60,678 nt of DNA from a virus (lineage: Duplodnaviria > Caudoviricetes), in IMG/VR virus record IMGVR_UViG_3300032897_000004, positions 1-60,678 of that record; one strand, given 5' to 3'. Of this stretch, positions 36,830 to 46,260 are shown in pieces. Each line of letters opens with the position of its first letter. Position 1 is the first letter of the stretch. The position numbers and the translations under genes were made by a program. The notes beneath the pieces are model-generated. The model was not told the origin of the DNA. It worked only from the letters and a program-made list of their open reading frames with translations, and searched no databases.

Positions 36830-37063
36830 CTAGTAGATGAGAATCGTCACTTCAGACCAACGCTCCTTGACCCACTGAGGGCCACGGAAGATGCCGCGGG
36901 TCTTCTTGCCGATGGGCAGTGGCGGCGTGAAGACGCCGGTCAGCGGCCAGAAGCAGCCGACCAAGACGTGGCCGACAACCCGGCCATCCAGCACGACCCG
37001 GGCGAGCTTGAACGTGGTCAGCCCAAGCAGGGTGTTACCGATGCGCCGCAGGAAGAACAACAT
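36830..37063 (-). CDS. Hypothetical protein
   Basis: SD aggagag, operon packing. Confidence 0.55.
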   Translation of the reverse strand: MLFFLRRIGNTLLGLTTFKLARVVLDGRVVGHVLVGCFWPLTGVFTPPLPIGKKTRGIFRGPQWVKERWSEVTILIY

Positions 37064-37070
37064 CTCTCTC

Positions 37071-37289
37071 CTAGTTGTTGGATTGGAGTTTACGCATCAG
37101 GGCTAACAGCTCTGAGCCGACATGCCTTGTTTCGTTGATGTCATGAGCAAACTCAACGTCAATGTGCTTGAAGTGCGCACAGTTTGGGTGCTCCTTGTCG
37201 TGCTTCTTCGATTCGGCGAGTAGCACCTTGCCTTGCTTCACGAAGGCTTGTGCCGCCTGCACTGCCTCTTCGAGAGTTTGCTTTTTCAA
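37071..37289 (-). CDS. Hypothetical protein
   Basis: TTG 37289 after SD gaggaggt, downstream of a promoter. Confidence 0.55.
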   Translation of the reverse strand: MKKQTLEEAVQAAQAFVKQGKVLLAESKKHDKEHPNCAHFKHIDVEFAHDINETRHVGSELLALMRKLQSNN

Positions 37290-37316
37290 GGCCACCTCCT
37301 CAGCCCATTTGACATG

Positions 37317-37345
37317 AGTATAACAAAAGGGGCTGAGGTTGTCAA
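37317..37345 (-). promoter_or_regulatory. Promoter TTGACA-N17-TATACT with extended -10
   Basis: Read directly. Confidence 0.8.
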
Positions 37346-37381
37346 ACCCCAGCCCCCGAGCAGCCCCTGCGCGGGGCAACC

Positions 37382-37600
37382 TTATGGCTTCGTACCGTCC
37401 GGTCCCTTTACCGGCCGCACCTTCGGGATGCGTATCGGATTCCCGTTGCGGTCGATGCGGATTTCATCCTCGCCCTCGTCGTCGTCCGAGGAGTAGGCGA
37501 AGTGCCAGCCACTGATGGGACAGATGCCGATGCCGCGCGTGCCGCTGTCCTGCAGCTTGACAAGGTGGTTGGGACAGCGTGCTGACAGCTGTCTCGTCAT
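37382..37600 (-). CDS. Small Cys/His (putative Zn-ribbon) protein
   Basis: RCPNH...ICPISG. Confidence 0.6.
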   Translation of the reverse strand: MTRQLSARCPNHLVKLQDSGTRGIGICPISGWHFAYSSDDDEGEDEIRIDRNGNPIRIPKVRPVKGPDGTKP

Positions 37601-38961
37601 CAGTGCACCTTTCCCTTCTCGCCGTTCATCAGGATGTAGTCCGTGACGATGTCGCGCATCTCTTCCTTGAGCGACTGCTGACGTCGCGGCTGCTCGGCGT
37701 ACTCGTAGTCGCCGCCGCCCTGCTGGATTTGCAGGCTGCCGCTGGCCGTCATGCCCAGACCCACGGGCCGCGGCCTGCGATAGCGCGAGCCAATCTCGTC
37801 GTAGAAGCGCTTCATGCTCTCCTTCTCACGGGCCAACGCCCAGTCAAGCGTCTCCTTGTCGATGGCGGGCAACTTCCGGTACGCAGCCCTGCGGGCCGCG
37901 TTCAGGATGACGTTCTTGATATTCCCGCCCGCAATCTTTGCCTTGGCGTACTCGTTGAAGTCGACGTCGTCGGCCAGCGGCGCATCCTCCGGCATGAGCA
38001 CCCGCCAGATGGCGGCACGCTCAGCCTCGGTCGGGAAGGGGAACTCAATCTTTGCCGCGACGCGACGCTCGAAGGCGGGGTCCATCTCGCAGAGACGGTT
38101 GGTCGTGAAGATGACCACGCCTGTGTAGAGTTCGAGCGCCGACAGGAGCGCGTTAATCTGGCCAGCGAGTATCATACCCACTTCCTCGCGCGGCCCAATG
38201 AGGCTATCGCACTCGTCGAAGAGCAGCAGCTCCTTGTTCTCGACCGCCTTCTCGAAGAACTCCTTCAGCGCCCGCTCCGCGCCGCCCGGCTCGGATGACT
38301 GCACCTCGGCGGTCTGCACTATCTTGAGCGTCAAGCCCAGCGTGTTGGCCAGCGCCTGGGCGACGAGCGTCTTGCCGCAGCCCGGAGGGCCGTAGAAGAG
38401 CATGCTGACCGCAGTGCCCTTCTCGAACACCTCGCCGAAACCCCAGTCTTCGAAGATGAGGTCGTTGTTGGCAATCTGTCCGATGGCCTCGCGGATTTCT
38501 TCCTTCTTGTGCTCATCCAGCACGACGCTGTCGAGTGTGACTATCTCGGCCGCCTTGGGCCGAGGCTGCTTGACCTCGGCCCAGAGGCAGTCGACCTTGT
38601 TCAGTTCGGCAACTTGGTCGAAACGGACAGGGAGCTTGACTTCAGTGACGTCGCTCGACATCTCGTTGCCTTGGGCATCCCACGCCTTCTCCACCTTGAT
38701 GAAGGCATAGCTGCGCCCGGACGCCTCACCAGTGCGTACGACATGGCCTGCATACAGCACGGGACCACTGTAGTTCTCGAACTCCTTCAACGCCTTCGTA
38801 TCGAGGTGGTTCAGGGGCTCGTCTGTGCAGTTGTCCGCGCTGAACGGCGTATAGACGGCCGTGCAGGTCGCGTTTGTCCGCACGTAGTCGCCCTCCTTGA
38901 GGGTTTCCAGACCCCCAAGTTGGTTGGCGGCAACGGCGACGAATGTCCGCTTCTTTGCCAT
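37600..38961 (-). CDS. AAA+ ATPase
   Basis: GPPGCGKT, LLFDECD, FTTN, DPAFERR. Confidence 0.92.
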   Translation of the reverse strand: MAKKRTFVAVAANQLGGLETLKEGDYVRTNATCTAVYTPFSADNCTDEPLNHLDTKALKEFENYSGPVLYAGHVVRTGEASGRSYAFIKVEKAWDAQGNEMSSDVTEVKLPVRFDQVAELNKVDCLWAEVKQPRPKAAEIVTLDSVVLDEHKKEEIREAIGQIANNDLIFEDWGFGEVFEKGTAVSMLFYGPPGCGKTLVAQALANTLGLTLKIVQTAEVQSSEPGGAERALKEFFEKAVENKELLLFDECDSLIGPREEVGMILAGQINALLSALELYTGVVIFTTNRLCEMDPAFERRVAAKIEFPFPTEAERAAIWRVLMPEDAPLADDVDFNEYAKAKIAGGNIKNVILNAARRAAYRKLPAIDKETLDWALAREKESMKRFYDEIGSRYRRPRPVGLGMTASGSLQIQQGGGDYEYAEQPRRQQSLKEEMRDIVTDYILMNGEKGKVH

Positions 38962-38968
38962 GGTTCTC

Positions 38969-39214
38969 CTACTTCGTGCGTGCCAGCAGCAGGTCCCGCT
39001 GCAGCGTGACGGTGCGCAGCTTCAGCTCCAGGCTGCGGATGTTCTTCTTGTGCTGGTTGGACTTCCGCGCCGTGCGCTGGTGGATGAGCCGCAGGTCGCA
39101 GAGCTGCTCGCCGAGCACGACGGTCTTGGCCTTGTAGTACTCGACCCGTGCGGTGAGCCTGTCGACTTCGTTCTGCAGCTCCTGCTCGCGTGCGATGGTG
39201 CGTGTTGGTGCCAT
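38969..39214 (-). CDS. Coiled-coil hypothetical protein
   Basis: SD ggaggg, heptad pattern. Confidence 0.6.
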   Translation of the reverse strand: MAPTRTIAREQELQNEVDRLTARVEYYKAKTVVLGEQLCDLRLIHQRTARKSNQHKKNIRSLELKLRTVTLQRDLLLARTK

Positions 39215-39332
39215 CTTCCCTCCTGTCGTTTCCGGTCTCCAGCAGCATACGCCATCGGCGCGGTGTTCGTCAAGGGAGAAACATAACGCCTTGTGCTATG
39301 ATTATAGTAGTTGTAGAAACGAGAGGAGAGCC

Positions 39333-40253
39333 ATGCGCAAATTCAAGTTCGGTCGAATTGCTTCTTCCCCTGCGAAGCTCGCTCGACGCCTGTTCATCCA
39401 TCCCAAATACCTTAACATTGATGAGCTGCCGATGCGTCCCGCCAGCGTGGACTACTCCAACGTGGGCGAGCCCCTTGGCATGATGCTCAACGACTCGCTC
39501 GGCGATTGTACCTGCGCCGGGGTCGGTCACGCGACGCAAGTCGCGTGCTGGTATGGTCAGAAGACTCCCTCGGCCGTCAAGGACCACGACGTCCTCGTGC
39601 TCTATGAGAAGGCCGCTGGCTACAATCCCAACGACCCCAACAGCGACCAGGGAGCGGAGCTTCTCGACATCCTCAACTACTGGTCGAAGAACCCCTTCGT
39701 CAATAACAAGCTCGACGCGTTCGTCGCCTTCGACCCCACCAACCCCGACCACTGGAAGGCCGCGGTCGATTTCTGGGGTTGCGCCTACATTGGCGTCTGG
39801 CTGCCTCAAAATGTGGTCGACGCCCTCGAAAGTGGTCAGGTCATCGACTGGATTCTCACAACCGACCGGGTCACCCAGAGCGCGGGCCACTGCGTCATCG
39901 TCGTGGGCTATGACGACAAGGGGTTGACAGTTGTTACCTGGGGGCAGACAATCAAGATGTCGTGGGCCTTCGCCGCGAAGTATTGTGACGAGGCGTATGT
40001 GCTCTTGATGAGCCAGTGGGCCAGCGGCAACGAGCCTAACAACTTCAACGAGGAGCAGCTCAAGAATGACCTCGCACAAGTGCAGGGCGGTGGCGTTATC
40101 CCGGTCGACGGTCCTCCCGCGCCGCCTAATCCACCGGTACCACCTGCTCCTCCCGCTCCTCCAACACCCAACCCCGAGCCGATTGACGAGCGGATTGTTA
40201 AGGCGATTATCAAAGCCCTCCAGAAAGCTATTGAAGAGCTAGAGGAACTGTAA
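39333..40253 (+). CDS. Papain-like (C1-type) cysteine peptidase with Pro-rich C-terminal linker
   Basis: NDSLGDCTCAG, GHCVIVVGYD, VVTWG; ATG 39333 after gaggag. Confidence 0.8.
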   Translation: MRKFKFGRIASSPAKLARRLFIHPKYLNIDELPMRPASVDYSNVGEPLGMMLNDSLGDCTCAGVGHATQVACWYGQKTPSAVKDHDVLVLYEKAAGYNPNDPNSDQGAELLDILNYWSKNPFVNNKLDAFVAFDPTNPDHWKAAVDFWGCAYIGVWLPQNVVDALESGQVIDWILTTDRVTQSAGHCVIVVGYDDKGLTVVTWGQTIKMSWAFAAKYCDEAYVLLMSQWASGNEPNNFNEEQLKNDLAQVQGGGVIPVDGPPAPPNPPVPPAPPAPPTPNPEPIDERIVKAIIKALQKAIEELEEL

Positions 40254-40270
40254 TCAGCGAGAAACTGATA

Positions 40271-40927
40271 ATGGAGGCAGTCGGGGGTAGCCAAGCATAC
40301 GGGATGGCTACCCCCGAGTCGGATACCGACTACCACGGTGTCTTCGTGCTGCCGACGCGCCGTGTGCTGAGCATGCGGGGCTATGAGGAGACGCGGGTCT
40401 CCAAGAACCCTGACCGCTGCCTGCATGAGGTCGGTAAGTTTGTGCGGCTTGCCGCCCAGTGCAATCCGACCATCTTGGAACAGCTCTATCTCGACCAGTA
40501 CGAGTTCCTGGCCAGAGAGGGGAAGATGCTGATTGCCATCAGAAGCGCCTTTCTCTCGCAGCGCGTGCGCCAGACCTATGGCGGCTATGCCCGACAGCAA
40601 ATCGGTCGGCTGGAGCGTCGCGAGGCCGATGGCATGGTCGGCTTCGGCCCCAAGGTCGCCAAGCGCCGTGAGAAGCATGCCCGGCACTGTTTTCGCTTAA
40701 TCTGGCAAGGCGTCGACCTGCTGAAGACCGGCGAGCTGCGAGTGCGCCTTACCAAGCAAGAGGTAGCATGGCTTTTTGAGATTGGTGAGATGTCAACCGC
40801 TGAGATGCGCGAACGGTTTGACACAGAGCTTTCGTACATGGATAGCATCGCATCAGTTCTGCCCGATGAGCCGAACTACAAGGTTATTGACGAGGTCCTC
40901 TACGACATAAGGTTGATGAACCCATGA
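40271..40927 (+). CDS. Pol-beta-superfamily nucleotidyltransferase (YcgL/RlaP-like)
   Basis: GSQAYGMATPESDTDYHGVF, HEVGKF, NPTILE, KHARHCFRL. Confidence 0.9.
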   Translation: MEAVGGSQAYGMATPESDTDYHGVFVLPTRRVLSMRGYEETRVSKNPDRCLHEVGKFVRLAAQCNPTILEQLYLDQYEFLAREGKMLIAIRSAFLSQRVRQTYGGYARQQIGRLERREADGMVGFGPKVAKRREKHARHCFRLIWQGVDLLKTGELRVRLTKQEVAWLFEIGEMSTAEMRERFDTELSYMDSIASVLPDEPNYKVIDEVLYDIRLMNP

Positions 40928-41136
40928 GATGTGACAGCTGTGGCAAGGACAAGCCTCGTGAGGGGAATTGGTTCCACAAGACGGCCTATGGCCGTGTCTT
41001 TGATGCCTGCCCGGAGTGCTTCGTGACCGTGGTGCAGACATTGTTTGGCCCGGCTCTTGAGGCTCGCGAAAAGGAAGTGAAAGCCGAGCTTGCCCGCCAG
41101 GAGGCAGAGCAAGCCCGGCTCAAGAAGCGCCGTTAG
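40924..41136 (+). CDS. Small Zn-finger protein
   Basis: CDSC...ACPEC. Confidence 0.6.
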   Translation: MRCDSCGKDKPREGNWFHKTAYGRVFDACPECFVTVVQTLFGPALEAREKEVKAELARQEAEQARLKKRR

Positions 41137-41486
41137 ACGGCAGGCAGGAAGCTCTCCAGCCCCACTCTCTGCACGTTCCACGCGGGGCCAATCTCGACGC
41201 GTAGGCGCTCGGCCCCGACGGGGTTCTGCGTGTGGATGAAGACGGTGCCGATGCGCAGGGAGCCGTCTCCCTCGCGGCCCATCTTGTCGAGCCAGCGCGC
41301 CAGTGTCAGGACCCAGAACTCCTCTTCTTTGCCCATGTCGTAGTCGAGCCACAGCTCGTTGACGGTGCCTGTGAAGTCGAGGATGAAGTCGAAGGCGTCG
41401 TGGGCGCTGCGGAAATGCAGCGCCGGGTTAGCCAGCGTACGGATATCGTCAATGACGATGCGGTCGATGGTGCCGTCGGCTAACAT
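41133..41486 (-). CDS. Cyclic-phosphate-processing receiver-like domain protein
   Basis: IVIDDIR, LWLDYDMG, IHTQNPVG match the DD.R / LDHDLG / HS.NP.G signature. Confidence 0.75.
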   Translation of the reverse strand: MLADGTIDRIVIDDIRTLANPALHFRSAHDAFDFILDFTGTVNELWLDYDMGKEEEFWVLTLARWLDKMGREGDGSLRIGTVFIHTQNPVGAERLRVEIGPAWNVQRVGLESFLPAV

Positions 41487-41992
41487 CCGCGACCGTTCCA
41501 GTATCCGCGGGTGACGACTGTGATGAGGTTATTGATGCAGTCGTCGCTCAGGTCGGTGAATTCGACGGGATTCAGGTTCATGGCGGCCCGCATGACGAAA
41601 GGCTCCGGCCTGGGCTTCTCTTCCTCGTAAGGAATGCCGAAACATTCGCACATCTCCGCAAGGCCCTCTTCGTCGTCATCCAGGGCAGTGTAGACGTAGC
41701 AGTTGTCCAGCGCCTCGTTCCACTCGCGGTCGGCACCGGGTGAGTGCTCGATGAGGAAGAAGGCGTCGCAGCGCTTGATGAAGGCGAAATTCGAGCCGAA
41801 GTAGTCCTCATACTCCATGCCGCCGACCATCATGCCGACGACAAAGTCAAGGGCCGGGTTGTAGACGGAGAAGCCGAGCTTGAGGAGTTTGGCGTGCCAC
41901 ACCAGGAACTGGTGGACGTTGTCGAGGTAGCCCGGCGCATCGGGGCTGTTCAGCGGCCCCGCGAGATAAACGGTCGGTCTCTCTTTGCTCAT
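41480..41992 (-). CDS. DUF4406 / nucleoside 2-deoxyribosyltransferase-like protein
   Basis: VYLAGP, VYNPA, CDAF, SPGADRE; ATG 41992. Confidence 0.75.
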   Translation of the reverse strand: MSKERPTVYLAGPLNSPDAPGYLDNVHQFLVWHAKLLKLGFSVYNPALDFVVGMMVGGMEYEDYFGSNFAFIKRCDAFFLIEHSPGADREWNEALDNCYVYTALDDDEEGLAEMCECFGIPYEEEKPRPEPFVMRAAMNLNPVEFTDLSDDCINNLITVVTRGYWNGRGC

Positions 41993-42462
41993 TCGTTCTC
42001 CTTTAACCACTCGAAGAGGTAGCCCTGCGTGTTGAACCAAACTGCGCAGAGTGCCTCTTTCATGTCGACAAGCCGCCAGCCGGGCTCGACGTGATAATGG
42101 GCTGTTACGTGGGTAATCTCCCTGCCGTCCTTGCGCTCTTTGTAGACGAAGAGACCGCGATGGATAGCCCACACGTCGAAGACGTGTCGCAACATGCTCT
42201 TCATGTACTGGGGCATGGGAATGCCAGCCTGCCAATTGTCTGAGTCGCGCATGGTGCCGTCAGACTGGAGACGGTGCTCTGTCATGTACTCTCCGAAGGC
42301 GCTTAGCGGCAGCGGATTCAAGAAGCCCTCGTAGTCGTGCTTTCCAGAGTCTGTGTCGCGATAGGCTCCGCCCTCGAAGTAACGACCCTCAGGCTGCTGT
42401 TCGGGCGGGTAGACGGTCTGAGCAAACTCATCGGCGGGGCACTGCATATCGTTCTTCTTCAT
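41989..42462 (-). CDS. dATP/dGTP diphosphohydrolase-like (DUF5664) protein
   Basis: GAYRD...GK.DY, RDSDNWQAGIP...YMKSMLRH, ALCAVWFN; ATG 42462. Confidence 0.75.
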   Translation of the reverse strand: MKKNDMQCPADEFAQTVYPPEQQPEGRYFEGGAYRDTDSGKHDYEGFLNPLPLSAFGEYMTEHRLQSDGTMRDSDNWQAGIPMPQYMKSMLRHVFDVWAIHRGLFVYKERKDGREITHVTAHYHVEPGWRLVDMKEALCAVWFNTQGYLFEWLKENE

Positions 42463-42484
42463 ATGGCCTCCTTCTCGGGCTTTC

Positions 42485-42538
42485 AGTATAACATAGCCCG
42501 CACGCGCCTTGACGGCGCGTGACCCCATGTTGTATCAT
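42485..42538. promoter_or_regulatory. Divergent promoters: leftward TGtTATACT; rightward TTGACG-N18-TATCAT
   Basis: Read directly in the gap between divergent genes. Confidence 0.6.
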
Positions 42539-42559
42539 GATAACGATAAGGAGGTCAAA

Positions 42560-42628
42560 ATGCGTTTACGCGTCAAGCGCCGCCGGGCCAACAAGAGGCT
42601 CTTCCGGCTGCTTATCTGGAAGAAGTAG
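42560..42628 (+). CDS. 22-aa basic peptide MRLRVKRRRANKRLFRLLIWKK
   Basis: SD taaggaggt 5 nt before ATG; stop 2 nt before the next ATG. Confidence 0.6.
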   Translation: MRLRVKRRRANKRLFRLLIWKK

Positions 42629-42630
42629 AC

Positions 42631-43005
42631 ATGAAGGATTTTCTGCAAGCTAACATGCTGCCACCGACGAACCGCGGTTACGTCTGTGTGGACTTCGACC
42701 AGACCCTCGCCCAGCGGATAAAGCACGAGAGCTACGACCCCAAGGACCTGAGCGACTTCCCGCCGGTTGCGGCCATGGTGAATCGCGTCAAGGCGTGGCT
42801 CCTGTTGGGCGAGGATGTCTGCATCTTCACCTCGCGCGTCGCTCGCCCTGATGCTGACGCGCAGCGCAAGGCTATTGAACACTGGTGCGAGAAGCACATC
42901 GGCCGCGTCTTGCCCGTCACCTGTATTAAGCAGTACACCATGGTGAGGTTCTGGGACGACCGCGCCGTACAGGTCGCGCTCAACATGGGGGTGCGCCTTG
43001 GCTGA
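42631..43005 (+). CDS. HAD-family phosphatase (PNK 3'-phosphatase-like), copy 1
   Basis: VDFDQT, IFTSR, K, FWDDRA. Confidence 0.85.
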   Translation: MKDFLQANMLPPTNRGYVCVDFDQTLAQRIKHESYDPKDLSDFPPVAAMVNRVKAWLLLGEDVCIFTSRVARPDADAQRKAIEHWCEKHIGRVLPVTCIKQYTMVRFWDDRAVQVALNMGVRLG

Positions 43006-43405
43006 CGTTCTCGACCCCACGAGCGACTTCCTCGCTGCCAATATCCTCGACCCCGAGAAGAAGTATATCGCGGTCGACCTGGATGGCACCCTCGCTTTCT
43101 ACTTCGGCTGGAGCGACGACATCGGTGAACCGGTGCCGCTCATGTTGAACCGTGTCAAGGCATGGTTACTACAGGGCCGCCCTGTTTGCATCTTCACGGC
43201 CCGCGTCTGTCCGCCGAACCCCGACAAATTCCGCAGCATCATCAATGCGTGGTGCTGGAAGAACCTTGGGCAGGAACTGCCCATCACCTGCATCAAGCAG
43301 CACTGCATGGAAGAGTTCTGGGATGACCGCGGCATTTGCGTGCTACCCAATACCGGAACACGCTCTTGCATTGAGGACGATGAAGGTGAGGATGAGGACT
43401 CGTGA
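42998..43405 (+). CDS. HAD-family phosphatase (PNK 3'-phosphatase-like), copy 2
   Basis: VDLDGTL, IFTAR, K, FWDDRG. Confidence 0.88.
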   Translation: MADVLDPTSDFLAANILDPEKKYIAVDLDGTLAFYFGWSDDIGEPVPLMLNRVKAWLLQGRPVCIFTARVCPPNPDKFRSIINAWCWKNLGQELPITCIKQHCMEEFWDDRGICVLPNTGTRSCIEDDEGEDEDS

Positions 43406-43650
43406 GTATCTTCGACAAACCTACCGGAGCCTGTTGCCGCTGCGGCCTCTTCCCTGACGCCGAGGACCACTTTGACGACCCCCTGCACCCCTTCATCGAG
43501 CAGCTGCAGAAGGCACAGTTCTTCACCCTCAATGGTCAAAGATTGATGATTTGCTCCAGTTGCGACGAATGGGTCCGCATTACCTACGGACCCATCCTGT
43601 TCCCTGGTAAGCCAGCGGGCAACCGCTGGCAGCGTCGTCACGCGAGGTGA
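43402..43650 (+). CDS. Small Zn-finger protein
   Basis: CCRC...CSSC. Confidence 0.55.
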   Translation: MSIFDKPTGACCRCGLFPDAEDHFDDPLHPFIEQLQKAQFFTLNGQRLMICSSCDEWVRITYGPILFPGKPAGNRWQRRHAR

Positions 43651-43823
43651 GCGCGGTCCTTGAGGAAGCAGCGCCAGCAGAGGTCTAACATGGCGTTGCC
43701 ACGTTTGACCTGAGCGACCAGCACCTGCTTCGAGCCGCACCTACTGCAGCAGTGAAAGAGCGGACTGCGCACCGTCATGGTGTAGGTCCGCTTCTTCGTC
43801 TCCAGACTTAGCTTGAACTTCAT
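43638..43823 (-). CDS. Small Zn-finger protein
   Basis: CSRC...CWRC; SD ggagggag. Confidence 0.55.
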   Translation of the reverse strand: MKFKLSLETKKRTYTMTVRSPLFHCCSRCGSKQVLVAQVKRGNAMLDLCWRCFLKDRAHLA

Positions 43824-44251
43824 ACTCCCTCCAGTGATTCGATGATGCCGTTGTCGTCAACGACGACGTTCGCCTCGGTGGTCAACTCGAAGAGCGGATT
43901 CCCCTCCTCGTCTGTGGCCCAGAAATTGTCGTAGGCCGATGTACCCTCGGTGTAGTGGTAGAGGCTCGGGAAGAGGTCTTCGAGGGCGCGGTCGATGTAC
44001 TCGCGCCAGCCGTGCTGGTGATGAAGCTGTCGCATGGCAGCATGGACCGTGTTCGGGTCACGCAGGTGCAACACGGCATCGACATAGCCCCGCATGTAGT
44101 TACGGTCAACGCCCCAGCGCGGCAGCTCGGTCCCTTCGATGACGTAACGCCGGAAGCGCAGGATGAAGTTAGCGGAGCGCTTCGTCCAATCCTGCGACTG
44201 CAGGTGTGCGCGCCGCTGCGGCGGCGCAAGGTATTCGTCAAGTTCTCCCAT
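43820..44251 (-). CDS. Hypothetical protein downstream of rtcB
   Basis: SD aggag, operon packing. Confidence 0.6.
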   Translation of the reverse strand: MGELDEYLAPPQRRAHLQSQDWTKRSANFILRFRRYVIEGTELPRWGVDRNYMRGYVDAVLHLRDPNTVHAAMRQLHHQHGWREYIDRALEDLFPSLYHYTEGTSAYDNFWATDEEGNPLFELTTEANVVVDDNGIIESLEGV

Positions 44252-44258
44252 GGCTCTC

Positions 44259-45419
44259 CTATGCCTTGATGACAGCGAGCGGACGCAGCTTCATCTGCGG
44301 CGTGACGAGGTCGCTTTCGGCGGCAATCACAACGTCAATGTCTTTGTACGCCTGCCTGCATTCCTCGGCAACATCGCCTTTCTTCGGCTTGAACAGCTCG
44401 ATGCCAGAGTTGTCCATTTCCTTGATGACGTCTTCCATCTTGATGGCCTTGAGAGCCGCCTTGCGGCCCATGGCGCGGCCAGCACCATGCGAGCAACTCT
44501 GGTACGAATCGGGATTGCCCAGGCCCTTGGCAAGGTAAGAGGCAGAGCCCATGCTGCCGGGGATAATGACCATTTCCCCAGCCCGTGCCCGCACCGCGCC
44601 CTTGCGATGCACGACGAGGTTGTAGCCGCCGTGATTCTCAAGCGCCGCGTAGTTGTGGTGGATATCGAAGCTTCGGCCAAAGCCAATGCCGTAGTTGAGC
44701 AGCACGTCCTCAATGTGCGACATCATGTGCGTCCGGTTGGCCCTTGCGAACTGCAAACAAAGGCCCATCTCTTCCCAGTACGCTTGGCCCTCGTTTGTGT
44801 CCATCGGCAAGAAGGCCAACTCCCAGCTCTTCGGCACCGAGGAGAACCAGCGCTCATTCAGTTCAATGGCCAGCTTATTGTAGTGACTAGCTACCTTCAG
44901 ACCGATGTTGCGGCTACCGGAGTGCAGCATGAAGCACAGGCCACCGACATCGTCAACCTGAGCCTCGATGAAGTGGTTGCCGCCGCCCAGCGTGCCAACC
45001 TGGAAGAGGCTGCTCTCGTACTCGCGTTCGACGATGCTGTACATCGGTATCACGGAACCGTTCGACCAGTCCTCCTGCTCGATGCGGTGGTGATTGAAGC
45101 CGGTCGGGATGAGCCGCGTGATGTCGTGCATGATGTCGTGCACGGGTGCATCTGCCGCGAGGGTGTCGGTCGACAGGAAGGTCATCCCGCAGCCGATGTC
45201 CACGCCGACGGCGTTCGGCACGACGACGTTCTGGCAGGCCAGGACGCCGCCAATCGGCATGCCGTATCCCATGTGGGCGTCGGGCATCAGGGCCACAGAC
45301 TTGAAGGCGAACGGCAGGTTTGCGAGGTTGCGCGCCTGCTCGGCGCACTTCGGCTCCAGCTCTTCGGCAACCCAGCTCTTGATGGGCCGCTCCTGTCCTT
45401 CTTCCCAGATAACCTTCAC
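44259..45419 (-). CDS. rtcB: RtcB-family RNA ligase (3'-P or 2',3'>P plus 5'-OH)
   Basis: MPDAH.GYG.PIGG, VGVDIGCG, GTLGGGNHF, HSGSR, HHNY, HRKGA, IPGSMG, SHGAGR. Confidence 0.97.
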   Translation of the reverse strand: MKVIWEEGQERPIKSWVAEELEPKCAEQARNLANLPFAFKSVALMPDAHMGYGMPIGGVLACQNVVVPNAVGVDIGCGMTFLSTDTLAADAPVHDIMHDITRLIPTGFNHHRIEQEDWSNGSVIPMYSIVEREYESSLFQVGTLGGGNHFIEAQVDDVGGLCFMLHSGSRNIGLKVASHYNKLAIELNERWFSSVPKSWELAFLPMDTNEGQAYWEEMGLCLQFARANRTHMMSHIEDVLLNYGIGFGRSFDIHHNYAALENHGGYNLVVHRKGAVRARAGEMVIIPGSMGSASYLAKGLGNPDSYQSCSHGAGRAMGRKAALKAIKMEDVIKEMDNSGIELFKPKKGDVAEECRQAYKDIDVVIAAESDLVTPQMKLRPLAVIKA

Positions 45420-46132
45420 TTTGCATCCCTTGAGTCGTATACTGTGACCTTGCCATGGTCAATGATGGCGTAGCGATAGCGGTCGGTCTTCATGTCAACG
45501 CCACGGGCGTAGGGGTCAACCATGTGCAGGTTCGGGAACCGCTTCGCATGCCAGGGCATCGGCGGCGTGTGGCCGCAGACTTGCTCGATGTCGATGGGCT
45601 CAAGCAACTCGGGGCGATACCAAAGCGGTCCATGCTCATAGGCGCTGACGAAGCGATGCGGGCCGCTTGTCTGGGAGTAGACAAGGTCCCCCGCGGTCTG
45701 CGTGTAGAAGTCCTCATTCAACTCGTCGACCAGTTCGTCTACGTCTCCCCCGGGGTCCTCCGCCATCGGCAGCTTGCTGAGGTAGATTTTCGACACCCCG
45801 GCATGCGTTATCAGGATGCCGTCGCGCGCCACGGCGAGGTGCCACTGGCGATGAGCGAACTGGTCCATCAAGAAGCCGCGCCAAGTCCAGCTCTCGGGGT
45901 CCTGGGGCCAGATGGTCATGCCAATGAGGATGGCATGCTCATGGTTGCCCCAGAGAATGACAGCGCCCTCCTCTTCGAGGATGGCCAGACACTTCTCCGG
46001 TTCGTCACCGATGTCGAGCAAGTCCCCGGCGAAGACGACCTCGTCGTAGCCACCGTTCTCCTGAGCATGGCTCAGGGCGTTCTCGATGAGCGCCGGAGTG
46101 CCGTGGGCATCGGCGAGGACGAGAGTTCTCAT
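45416..46132 (-). CDS. Calcineurin-like metallophosphoesterase
   Basis: DAHG, GDLLD, GNHE, THAG, GHT. Confidence 0.9.
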   Translation of the reverse strand: MRTLVLADAHGTPALIENALSHAQENGGYDEVVFAGDLLDIGDEPEKCLAILEEEGAVILWGNHEHAILIGMTIWPQDPESWTWRGFLMDQFAHRQWHLAVARDGILITHAGVSKIYLSKLPMAEDPGGDVDELVDELNEDFYTQTAGDLVYSQTSGPHRFVSAYEHGPLWYRPELLEPIDIEQVCGHTPPMPWHAKRFPNLHMVDPYARGVDMKTDRYRYAIIDHGKVTVYDSRDAK

Positions 46133-46171
46133 GTCTCTCCAAGCATGTTTTACCTCCTGGTTGTCACTGGT

Positions 46172-46234
46172 ATTATAGTTCCCAGCGGGCCGTTAGGTCA
46201 AGCACTTGACACGTCCGTCGCGAAGGTCTAGACT
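46172..46234. promoter_or_regulatory. Back-to-back promoters: leftward TTGACC-N18-TATAAT, rightward TTGACA-N17-TAGACT
   Basis: Read directly between the phosphoesterase-rtcB operon and the HicA-like gene. Confidence 0.7.
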
Positions 46235-46260
46235 GCTTGCAGGAGACCAGAGGAGGAGAC

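Noticed and set aside
41989-42462. Z-genome (2-aminoadenine) pathway
   Set aside because: No PurZ or dedicated polymerase in the window
44163-45473. 436-aa plus-strand ORF and similar long antisense ORFs (16168, 19164, 45455)
   Set aside because: Shadows of rtcB, capsid, protease and phosphoesterase genes caused by high-GC codon bias
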